Shown: one piece after another, positions 23,805 to 30,519 of the stretch
Position numbering within the stretch: position 1 is the stretch's first letter
Layout: each line of letters starts with the position of its first letter
From: Meiothermus sp. CFH 77666
Lineage (GTDB): Bacteria; Deinococcota; Deinococci; Deinococcales; Thermaceae
Assembly: GCF_017497985.1 (NCBI RefSeq)
Contig: NZ_JAGDFV010000008.1
Span: 9,869 to 41,868 of the forward strand
Length of the DNA: 32,000 nt
Direction of reading: 5' to 3'
Made by a program: the position numbers and the translations under genes
Notes under the pieces: generated by a model
What the model saw: the letters and a program-made list of their open reading frames with translations, nothing else
Database searches by the model: none
Told to the model about the DNA's origin: nothing

Positions 23805-23829
23805 TTTGTCAAATACCCCCCCAGGATAT

Positions 23830-25104
23830 TTAGGCCAGCCCCTTCAACATTAGATTCCAGTACATGAAAGGCAGGCCGTGCTTCTTGAGAAGCCACATGT
23901 CGTAGCGTTCCTTCTGGGTGTTAAAGGGGAGGGTGGGGTGCCAGACATTGTCGTAAAGGAACTCAGCCAGGAACATCTTGCCGTAGGCCGTCACCAGCGG
24001 GCAGGAGGTGTAGCCGTTGTACTGCTTCTTGGGCTCCTGGCCTTTCATCACCTCCAGCAGGTTGGCCACCAGCACCGGGGCCTGCTTGCGGATGGCCGCG
24101 CCGGTTTTGGAGGTTGGCAGGCTGCTGGCATCGCCCAGGCTGAACACGTTGGGGAAGCGCACGTGCTGCAGGGTGTGTTTGTCCACCTGCACCCAGCCTA
24201 AGGGCGTGCTGGGGTCGGCCAGGGGGCTTTGTTTGAGGAAGTCCGGGGCGCTTTGGGGGGGCACTACGTGGAGAAAGTCGAAAGGAATGGTCACCCGGGG
24301 CCTGGGTGTACTGGGGTTGGCCTTGACCTCTGGATGATTCACGGTGTACTCGTAGGTGGCCTCTTTTTTGAGTCCATCCACCGCTACCAGCTCGTGGTGG
24401 AACCGGGTCTGGATGCCGTAGCGCTCCACTACCTGATCCAGTACGGCCTTGATCTCGGGCACCCCGAAGATGGTGGTTCCAGCCGAGCCGAAGACGATCT
24501 GGGTATCTTTGCTGATTCCCTTGCGGCGGGCATGGTCGGCGGCCAGATACATGATTTTTTGCGGAGCGCCGCCGCACTTGATGGGCGTGCTGGGGGCGCT
24601 GAACAGGGCCACCCCGCCTTTGAGCTGCTGGAGAAACGACCAGGTTTTGGGCGCCAGGTCGAATCGGTAGTTGCTGCTCACGCCGTTTTGGCCCAGGGTC
24701 TCTTCCAGCCCCTCAATCTTGTGCCAGTCGAGCTGAATACCCGCAGCCACCACCAGGTAGTCGTAGCCGATCTGGCGGCCGTTCTGGGTGCGCACCACCT
24801 GGCGTTCGGGGTCTATTTCCTGGGCGTACTCCTGGATCCAGCGCACACCCCTGGGTATCTGGTTTTCCTGGGGACGTACTGAGGCCTGGGGGTTGTAGGT
24901 GCCTGCCCCTACCAGCGTCCAGGCGGCCTGGTAGTAGTGCTTTTCGGAGGGCTCGAGCACCGCCACATCCTCCACCCCTTTGCGCCTGAGCTGGGCGGCC
25001 ACGGTCAGGCCTGCCGTCCCGCCGCCGACAATCAGGATTTTATGATGGAGCCGCTCCTTAACCTGGCTCCGTGCCGTAATGGCCTTTTCCTCCCTTACAA
25101 TCAT
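23830..25104 (-). CDS. sqr: Sulfide:quinone oxidoreductase (type II-like FAD flavoprotein)
   Basis: Rossmann motif ILIVGGGTAGLT. Cys-containing IKCGGAPQK and YTSCPL segments. ATG 25104 with a GGGAGG Shine-Dalgarno sequence 9 nt upstream. Confidence 0.9.
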   Translation of the reverse strand: MIVREEKAITARSQVKERLHHKILIVGGGTAGLTVAAQLRRKGVEDVAVLEPSEKHYYQAAWTLVGAGTYNPQASVRPQENQIPRGVRWIQEYAQEIDPERQVVRTQNGRQIGYDYLVVAAGIQLDWHKIEGLEETLGQNGVSSNYRFDLAPKTWSFLQQLKGGVALFSAPSTPIKCGGAPQKIMYLAADHARRKGISKDTQIVFGSAGTTIFGVPEIKAVLDQVVERYGIQTRFHHELVAVDGLKKEATYEYTVNHPEVKANPSTPRPRVTIPFDFLHVVPPQSAPDFLKQSPLADPSTPLGWVQVDKHTLQHVRFPNVFSLGDASSLPTSKTGAAIRKQAPVLVANLLEVMKGQEPKKQYNGYTSCPLVTAYGKMFLAEFLYDNVWHPTLPFNTQKERYDMWLLKKHGLPFMYWNLMLKGLA

Positions 25105-25156
25105 GAAAACCAACCTCCCTTGAAACCTGGCATCGTTCAGTCCAGGGTAGGTATAA

Positions 25157-25185
25157 CTTTTGGTTGAAGCAAATAGCTTTTGGTT
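25157..25185. promoter_or_regulatory. Direct repeats CTTTTGGTT x2 with 20-bp phasing in the sqr/lysR divergent region
   Basis: Copies at 25157-25165 and 25177-25185, bracketed by ATAAC (25153-25157) and GTTAT (25183-25187). They overlap a candidate lysR promoter, TTGAAG-N15-TATATT. Confidence 0.4.
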
Positions 25186-25226
25186 ATATTTTTCATCACA
25201 TCGGGGTATGATTGTCTTTACAAGCT

Positions 25227-26150
25227 ATGCGTCTGAACCCTAGGTACCTGGTGGTATTTTGCGTGGTGGCCGAACTGCGCAGCCTGAGCCGCGCTGCCGA
25301 GATATTGAACCTGAGCCAGCCTGCGGTGAGCAAAACCCTGAAGGCCCTCGAGGACACGGTGCGCCAGCCCCTCTACGAGCGCACCCCGCAGGGCATTACC
25401 CTGACCGAGGCGGGCAAGGCCCTGCTCCCTTATGCCTGCGCGGTGAACCGCAGCCTGGCCCACGCTACGCGGTTTATCGAGGAGCGGCGGCACAAGCGCA
25501 TTCCGCAGCTCGAGGTGGGTCTGGCCTGGAGTCTGATTCCCCGCTACGAGGCCAGCCTGTTGCGCTGGGCCACCCTGGAAGAGGCCCGTTGCGAGCTGCA
25601 CCTGACCAACGGAACCACCCTGGAGCTCATCGAGCAGGTCTACCAGCGCGACCTGGATGCGGCCCTGGTGCTGGGTGGCACCGACGCCCTGCCCGAGCCC
25701 CTCAGCGCCCGTCGCTTGACCAGCGACGAGATGGTGCTGATTGTGGCCCCCACGCATCCCTGGGCAGGTATGGGGGGGGTGGCCCTGGGGCAGCTCGAGG
25801 GCATGACCTTGCTGGTGCCCCAGCGCAACTCCCGTCTGCGCCTGCGCTTAGAACAGTTCCTCGAGCGCCACGGGATTGTGCCCGAGCGGGTGCTGGAGTG
25901 CGGCAGCCTGTACGGCGTGAAAGCCGCCGCCGCGGCCGGGCTGGGGGTGGGCCTGTCCAGCCGCTCGTTTGTGGAGCCCGAGGTTAGAGCAGGGCTCTTA
26001 CGCGTCTTGATGGTCGAGGACAGCGGCTTCTCGCTGGGCGTGCACTGGGTGGCCTACCCCGAGGCCTCGGTAGATGCGGCCACCCGCGAGATGCTGGGGC
26101 TTTTGTGGCACTACCTGGGGGTACCCTCAACCGTGAGCCAGGCTCTGTAA
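25227..26150 (+). CDS. LysR family transcriptional regulator
   Basis: HTH RSLSRAAEILNLSQPAVSKTLKALE followed by a substrate-binding domain. Divergent from sqr. Four Cys residues. Confidence 0.9.
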   Translation: MRLNPRYLVVFCVVAELRSLSRAAEILNLSQPAVSKTLKALEDTVRQPLYERTPQGITLTEAGKALLPYACAVNRSLAHATRFIEERRHKRIPQLEVGLAWSLIPRYEASLLRWATLEEARCELHLTNGTTLELIEQVYQRDLDAALVLGGTDALPEPLSARRLTSDEMVLIVAPTHPWAGMGGVALGQLEGMTLLVPQRNSRLRLRLEQFLERHGIVPERVLECGSLYGVKAAAAAGLGVGLSSRSFVEPEVRAGLLRVLMVEDSGFSLGVHWVAYPEASVDAATREMLGLLWHYLGVPSTVSQAL

Positions 26151-26173
26151 GCTCTAAGAGTTCAAAAGAAAAG

Positions 26174-26193
26174 CCGGAGTAACCCCACTCCGG
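26174..26193 (-). terminator. Terminator of the tRNA operon, probably also serving lysR
   Basis: CCGGAGT-AACCCC-ACTCCGG. The minus strand continues CTTTTCTTTTG. It lies 18 nt past the tRNA-Phe 3-prime end. Confidence 0.7.
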
Positions 26194-26210
26194 TCTTTGC
26201 GTCCTGGACT

Positions 26211-26286
26211 TGGTGCCAAGGGGCGGAATCGAACCGCCGACACTGCGATTTTCAGTCGCATGCTCTACCGACTGAGCTACCTTGGC
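26211..26286 (-). tRNA. tRNA-Phe (GAA), CCA encoded
   Basis: Reverse complement GCCAAGGTAGCTCAGTCGGTAGAGCATGCGACTGAAAATCGCAGTGTCGGCGGTTCGATTCCGCCCCTTGGCACCA folds as a canonical cloverleaf. Confidence 0.95.
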
Positions 26287-26311
26287 AAGAGGCCGCCCGC
26301 AGGCGGCTTAG

Positions 26312-26388
26312 TGGCGCTCCGGACGGGACTTGAACCCGCGATCTCCCACGTGACAGGCGGGTATGTTAACCAACTACACCACCGGAGC
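26312..26388 (-). tRNA. tRNA-Asp (GTC), CCA encoded
   Basis: Reverse complement GCTCCGGTGGTGTAGTTGGTTAACATACCCGCCTGTCACGTGGGAGATCGCGGGTTCAAGTCCCGTCCGGAGCGCCA. Anticodon loop CTGTCAC. Confidence 0.95.
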
Positions 26389-26431
26389 AGATTGTTGCGC
26401 AGCGTCGGAGTGATCCGAACGGGCACATAGG

Positions 26432-26460
26432 ATAATAGCGGCTGGCCTACAAGGTGTCAA
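26432..26460 (-). promoter_or_regulatory. Consensus-like promoter of the tRNA-Asp/tRNA-Phe operon
   Basis: On the minus strand: TTGACA (26460-26455), 17-nt spacer, TATTAT (26437-26432). About 40 nt upstream of the tRNA-Asp 5-prime end. Confidence 0.7.
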
Positions 26461-26462
26461 GC

Positions 26463-26813
26463 ATGATGACCTGGAAAGAGGTGCTTGCCCAACATAAAAC
26501 TCTGCGGGGCATTGGGCCCCATAGCCTGCTGGTAGACCGGGGCGAGTCGGGCTACCGGAACCGCTTCCTGCCCGACGGCGCCATTCTGTATCCGGGCGAG
26601 GGGCTTTGGGGCCACCAACAGCCGGTGAAGGGTAACCGGGTGTTGCTCGAGGCCCTCGCCACCCAGGCCCCCATGCGCGTTTACGAGCGCAAGAAGCCCA
26701 ACTGCTGGCAGGATCGGGGCCTGTACCGGGTCGAAAGCGTGGAGTACCGGTTGGAGGAGGCCGAGCGCCGCTATGTCTACTGGTTCCGGCTGGTGCCGCT
26801 CGAGGCCACCTGA
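26463..26813 (+). CDS. Small stand-alone SRA/YDG-like (PUA-fold) protein
   Basis: High GC3. ILYPGEG...GHQQPVKGNRVLLEAL...APMRVYER...DRGLYRV...VYWFRLVP parallels the YTGSGG...DQKL..N.AL...KPVRV...YDGIYKV...W.Y.L.R blocks of SRA domains. Comparison made by eye only. Confidence 0.55.
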   Translation: MMTWKEVLAQHKTLRGIGPHSLLVDRGESGYRNRFLPDGAILYPGEGLWGHQQPVKGNRVLLEALATQAPMRVYERKKPNCWQDRGLYRVESVEYRLEEAERRYVYWFRLVPLEAT

Positions 26814-27394
26814 GCCAGGAACTGCCGCAGCTTGAGGGGGTCTTTGAGGCGGGGCGCGGCCTCCACGCCACTGCTCACGTCCACCGCGTAGGGTTTCAGC
26901 TCCAGCACGGGTTGCAGGTTGTGGGGGGTCAGGCCCCCGGCCACAATCAGCCGGGGGTGGGGCCTGAGGGGCGCCAGCCAGTCCAGCGGATAGCCTTGCC
27001 CGCTGCCGGGGCTTACTCCGTCCACCAGGAGCGCGTCCGCCGGGTACGAAAGCCAGTCGGGCCGGGCGGGCCCCGAGAGCCTAAACGCCTTGATAACCGG
27101 ATAGAACCGGCGGATCTGGGCGGCCCACTCAGGGGGTTCGCTCCCGTGAAGCTGGGCCACCTGGAGCCGGGCGGTCTGCATCTGCGCCAGAACGATCTCG
27201 GGGGGTGTGTCCACAAACACCCCCACCCGCACCACAAAAGGCCCCAGCGCTTCCGAAATGGGGCGGATTTGTTCGGCCTCGAGGTAGCGCTTGGTGCCGG
27301 GGGCCAGGATAAAGCCCAAAGCCCAGGCCCCCAGCGCCTCGGCCAGGAGGGCGTCCTCGAGGCGGGTGATGCCACAGATTTTGGCGCGGGTCAT
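26777..27394 (-). CDS. trpF: Phosphoribosylanthranilate isomerase
   Basis: MTRAKICGITRLEDA... N-terminus and TIM-barrel length. Convergent 37-nt overlap with the SRA-like ORF. Confidence 0.9.
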   Translation of the reverse strand: MTRAKICGITRLEDALLAEALGAWALGFILAPGTKRYLEAEQIRPISEALGPFVVRVGVFVDTPPEIVLAQMQTARLQVAQLHGSEPPEWAAQIRRFYPVIKAFRLSGPARPDWLSYPADALLVDGVSPGSGQGYPLDWLAPLRPHPRLIVAGGLTPHNLQPVLELKPYAVDVSSGVEAAPRLKDPLKLRQFLAQVASSGTSRNQ

Positions 27395-27397
27395 AGG

Positions 27398-27432
27398 GGT
27401 CTCAGGTCGCAGGTCGCAGGTCTCGGGTCGGG
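27398..27432. repeat. Five tandem heptamers GGTCNNN directly upstream of the trpF start
   Basis: GGTCTCA GGTCGCA GGTCGCA GGTCTCG GGTCGGG, beginning 4 nt from the trpF ATG. Confidence 0.8.
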
Positions 27433-27485
27433 GGTATTTATGGGAAATCTGAAGCCCAGGGCTCTTTTGGTATCAATACAAGCAC

Positions 27486-27513
27486 TAGACCATAGGCTAT
27501 AGACCATAGACTA
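27486..27513. repeat. 14-bp tandem duplication TAGACCATAGGCTA / TAGACCATAGACTA
   Basis: Two adjacent units matching at 13/14, 12 nt downstream of the lutB stop. Confidence 0.8.
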
Positions 27514-27524
27514 TCGACTTTCAC

Positions 27525-28919
27525 CTACACTTCTCCATCTTCCCACATCTGCCGAAAGCTCTTGGGGCTGGGCTTCAAACCCGCCCGGCCTTCCGTCCAG
27601 GCTTTGATGACCGGCACCACGGTGTTGTCCAGGGCTTTTTCGGGCAACAGGCGCAGGGCCTTGGAGGCCAGGCGGTAGGCCCAGGGCTGGGTCATGGCCA
27701 GGGCATAGCCCTTGATGGCGGCGGCCTCGAGCCTGGGGGAGAGCCCCTCCTGCACCGCCCGGTTGCGCCAGGTGAGCAGGAGTTTGGGGATGGGAATCCG
27801 CACCGGGCAGGCCTGGAAACAGGCCCCGCACAGCGAGGAGGCGTAGGGGAGGGGCTTGGTTTCCTCGAGGCCCAAAAGCCCAGGGGAGAGAATAGCCCCG
27901 ATGGGGCCGCTATACACATAGCCGTAGGCGTGGCCGCCGGTCTGGCGGTAGACCGGACAGGCGTTCAGGCAGGCCGCGCAGCGCAGGCAGCGCAGGGTCT
28001 CCCAGGCTTCGGGGTCGGCCAGCACGCTGCTGCGTCCGTTGTCCACAAAGACCACATGGACTTCCTCGGGGCCGTCCGGCTCGCCCGGCTGCCTGGGGCC
28101 CTGGATCAGCGAGACAAAAGTGCCCAGCCGCTGCCCGGTGGCGGCGCGAGCGGTGAGCGAGAGGAAAACCGCCAGGTCGGTGAAGCGGGGCAGGAGTTTT
28201 TCGATGCCCACCAGTGCCACGTGGATGCGCGGGGCCGAGGTGGAGAGCCTTATGTTCCCTTCGTTTTCGATCAGGGCCAGGGTGCCGGTCTCGGCGACCA
28301 CAAAATTGCCCCCCGAGATGCCCATATCGGCCTTCAGAAAGCCTTCACGCAGGAGCTGGCGGGCCACTGCCGCGAGGTGTTCGGGGGAGGCATCGGGCGG
28401 GGTCTGAAAGCGCTCGTGGAAAAGCTGGCGGATTTGCGCCAGGTTCAGGTGAATGGCCGGGCCCACGATGTGCGAGGGCGGCTGTTGTAATAGCTGGATG
28501 ATGTACTCGCCGAGGTCGGTCTCGAGCACCTCCACCCCCATCCCCTCGAGCATGGGGTTGATGGCAAGCTCCTCCGAGACCATGGTCTTGGCCTTGACCA
28601 CCTTCCTGACCTGGCCCGCGCGGGCAATATCGGCCACAATGCGCCGGGCATCGTCGGCGTCCTCGGCCCAGTGCACCTGTACGCCGTTTTTCTGGAGGCT
28701 GGCCTCGGCTTCCAGCAGGTACCTGTCCAGGTTGGAGAGCACGTGGTTCTTGACGCTTTCGGCCCAGTGCCGCCAGGTTTCGGCGTCCACCTCGGCATAG
28801 GCCTGCCGTCTTTTGCTATCGAAGTTCAGGGTAGCCCCCGTGACCGATTCGCGCACCTGGGGCTCCTCGCGCAGCACTCGAGCGGCTTCCTGGGGGTACT
28901 GGTTGGCGGCGACCTTCAT
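27525..28919 (-). CDS. lutB: LutB/LldF-type lactate-utilisation iron-sulfur protein
   Basis: Two ferredoxin-type Cys clusters (CLRCAACLNACPVY, CGACFQACPV) and a LUD domain. ATG 28919 overlaps the lutA stop (ATGA). Confidence 0.9.
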   Translation of the reverse strand: MKVAANQYPQEAARVLREEPQVRESVTGATLNFDSKRRQAYAEVDAETWRHWAESVKNHVLSNLDRYLLEAEASLQKNGVQVHWAEDADDARRIVADIARAGQVRKVVKAKTMVSEELAINPMLEGMGVEVLETDLGEYIIQLLQQPPSHIVGPAIHLNLAQIRQLFHERFQTPPDASPEHLAAVARQLLREGFLKADMGISGGNFVVAETGTLALIENEGNIRLSTSAPRIHVALVGIEKLLPRFTDLAVFLSLTARAATGQRLGTFVSLIQGPRQPGEPDGPEEVHVVFVDNGRSSVLADPEAWETLRCLRCAACLNACPVYRQTGGHAYGYVYSGPIGAILSPGLLGLEETKPLPYASSLCGACFQACPVRIPIPKLLLTWRNRAVQEGLSPRLEAAAIKGYALAMTQPWAYRLASKALRLLPEKALDNTVVPVIKAWTEGRAGLKPSPKSFRQMWEDGEV

Positions 28920-29644
28920 TGCGCGGCCTCCCAGAGCACCGAGGCCAGCGGCCTGACCGGCAGGCCCAGACCCCGGTTCTCGATGCGCCCGCTCAGGTGG
29001 AGCATGCAGCCGCCATCGGCGCTGGTCAGGAAGTCTATCTGGCTGGTGGGGGGCAGGGTAGAGAGCTTGCGGTCGGCCATGCTCAGGGCCACTTCGGGCA
29101 ACTTGACCGAGAACAACCCGCCAAAGCCACAGCATTCCTCGGCGGCAGCCCAGTCCACAATTTCGGCGCCGGCATTGCGCAGGAGCGTGAGGGGTTCTTG
29201 TTTGATGCCGAGCTCGCGCAGGGCGTGGCAGCCGTGGTGGTAGGCGATGCGCCGGCCCTTCAGACCCTGGCCCAGATGGCTGACCCCCAGCACCTTGACG
29301 ATGAACTCCGCAAGCTCGTAGGTTTTCTGGCTCAGGGCCTCGGCCTGGGCAAACCGGCGGGGCTGCTCGCGGAAAAGCTCGGGGTAGAAGGTTCGCAGCA
29401 TGGTGGTGCAGGAGCCGGAGGGCAGCACCACGTAGTCTGCCCTCTCGAGTACCCCCAGGGTATGCTCGGCCACCTGGCGGGCCTCGGCCCAGTAGCCGGC
29501 GTTGTAGGCGGGCTGGCCGCAGCAGGTCTGGCCCTCGGGGAACTCCACCGTGCAGCCCAGGTGGCGCAGGAGCCTTACCGCCGCCACCCCGGCCTCGGCG
29601 AAGAACTGGTCGGCCAGGCAGGTGATGAAGAGGGCCACTTTCAT
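28916..29644 (-). CDS. lutA: LutA-type (Fe-S)-binding CCG-domain oxidoreductase
   Basis: MKVALFITCLADQFF... with duplicated CCG motifs (CCGQPAYN, CCGFGG). Start at ATG 29644. Confidence 0.9.
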   Translation of the reverse strand: MKVALFITCLADQFFAEAGVAAVRLLRHLGCTVEFPEGQTCCGQPAYNAGYWAEARQVAEHTLGVLERADYVVLPSGSCTTMLRTFYPELFREQPRRFAQAEALSQKTYELAEFIVKVLGVSHLGQGLKGRRIAYHHGCHALRELGIKQEPLTLLRNAGAEIVDWAAAEECCGFGGLFSVKLPEVALSMADRKLSTLPPTSQIDFLTSADGGCMLHLSGRIENRGLGLPVRPLASVLWEAAQ

Positions 29645-29653
29645 GTTGGGTGG

Positions 29654-29659
29654 ATTATA
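29654..29659 (-). promoter_or_regulatory. Candidate -10 box (TATAAT) giving a near-leaderless lutA transcript
   Basis: The minus strand reads TGGATATAAT-CCACCCAAC-ATG, with 9 nt between the -10 box and the start codon and no Shine-Dalgarno sequence. Confidence 0.4.
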
Positions 29660-29702
29660 TCCAAAATGTGGGTGGCCGATGGTCAATGGCAGATGGCTTG
29701 CA

Positions 29703-29868
29703 CAGGCTCTTATCATCTGCCTGCGTATCGTCGCTGCAACCCCTCACCCGGCGACAGCGGTTACCGCCAGAATATGTTGTATTTGGCAAAAGGAGCACTC
29801 AACTAGCCAGCGCTGTCGCCACCCTCTCCCGCAAGGGGAGAGGGAAAGTGGAAAACGATAAAAGCCTG
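29703..29868. mobile_element. 166-bp MITE with ISAs1-like terminal inverted repeats and a 10-bp target-site duplication
   Basis: Ends are CAGGCTCTTATCAT and ACGATAAAAGCCTG (12/14 complementary). They share the AGGCTTTTATC core with the ends of the IS at 14395-15429. Flanked by perfect ATGGCTTGCA at 29693-29702 and 29869-29878. Confidence 0.7.
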
Positions 29869-29992
29869 ATGGCTTGCAGGGAAAAAGCCTGGCAGTTCGG
29901 GCTGAAGTGCTACATGGGTGGGGTGTTGAGCGTTGCTTGCGCCGGGTGGTTTGACCCTATGATGGTCGAAGGAGGTTGCTGTGCGACGCAAG

Positions 29993-30319
29993 ATGATCCT
30001 TACGACCTCGAGCCAGCTCGAGGGCTACCAGATTACCGAATACCTGGATGTGGTCTTTGGCGAGGCCATTGTGGGGGCCAACATCTTCCGCGACCTGCTG
30101 GCCTCGGTGCGCGACATTGTGGGGGGCCGGAGCGGGGCCTACGAGGCCGAACTGCGCAAAGCCCGCGAGATTGCCCTGGACGAGCTCGAGCAGGCCGCCC
30201 TGGCCCGCGGGGCCGATGCGGTGATTGGGATTGACGTGGACTACGAGACCGTTGGGCAGGGCAACATGCTCATGGTGACCGCCTCGGGCACCGCAGTGAA
30301 GGTTAGCAAACGGTACTGA
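29993..30319 (+). CDS. ybjQ: YbjQ family (UPF0145) protein
   Basis: [24 protein letters not shown]...[13 protein letters not shown] is typical of the family. GGAGG Shine-Dalgarno sequence upstream. Confidence 0.85.
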   Translation: MILTTSSQLEGYQITEYLDVVFGEAIVGANIFRDLLASVRDIVGGRSGAYEAELRKAREIALDELEQAALARGADAVIGIDVDYETVGQGNMLMVTASGTAVKVSKRY

Positions 30320-30321
30320 GC

Positions 30322-30519
30322 ATGGTTTTTTGTGGAGACGATTGCCGCCCCATCTGCGACCATTGCCGCTACTTCAAACCGATTTACGACGATGAGGAAT
30401 ATATGGATATTAACGGCTGGTGTGCGCGGCACCAAACCGATGTAGATCGCACCCTGTTCTGCGACGATTTTCACTGCTGGCGGGTGGGGCCTACGCCAGA
30501 GGGCCCGAACGGTACGTGA
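30322..30519 (+). CDS. 65-aa cysteine-rich protein of unknown function
   Basis: The ATG lies 2 nt after the ybjQ stop. Seven Cys, including C4-x3-C8-x3-C12-x2-C15. Lower GC3 than the neighbours. 29-nt convergent overlap with the DUF418 gene. Confidence 0.45.
   Translation: MVFCGDDCRPICDHCRYFKPIYDDEEYMDINGWCARHQTDVDRTLFCDDFHCWRVGPTPEGPNGT

Noticed and set aside
26211-26388. The tRNA genes as the attachment site of an integrated island carrying the sulfur operon
   Set aside because: I found no integrase gene and no direct repeat of either tRNA 3-prime end elsewhere in the window. The GC content of the sulfur cluster matches the surroundings.
26197-26430. 77-aa ORF on the plus strand
   Set aside because: It is entirely superimposed on the tRNA-Phe and tRNA-Asp genes and their spacer.
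27398-27513. Possible mini-CRISPR or other spaced-repeat array
   Set aside because: The units are 7 and 14 bp and directly tandem with no spacers. No cas genes are nearby. These are simple micro-tandem repeats.
29688-29721. 8-bp hairpin GGCAGATG / CATCTGCC as a candidate lutA operator
   Set aside because: One arm is host sequence and the other lies inside the MITE, so the pairing was created by the insertion and is probably fortuitous.
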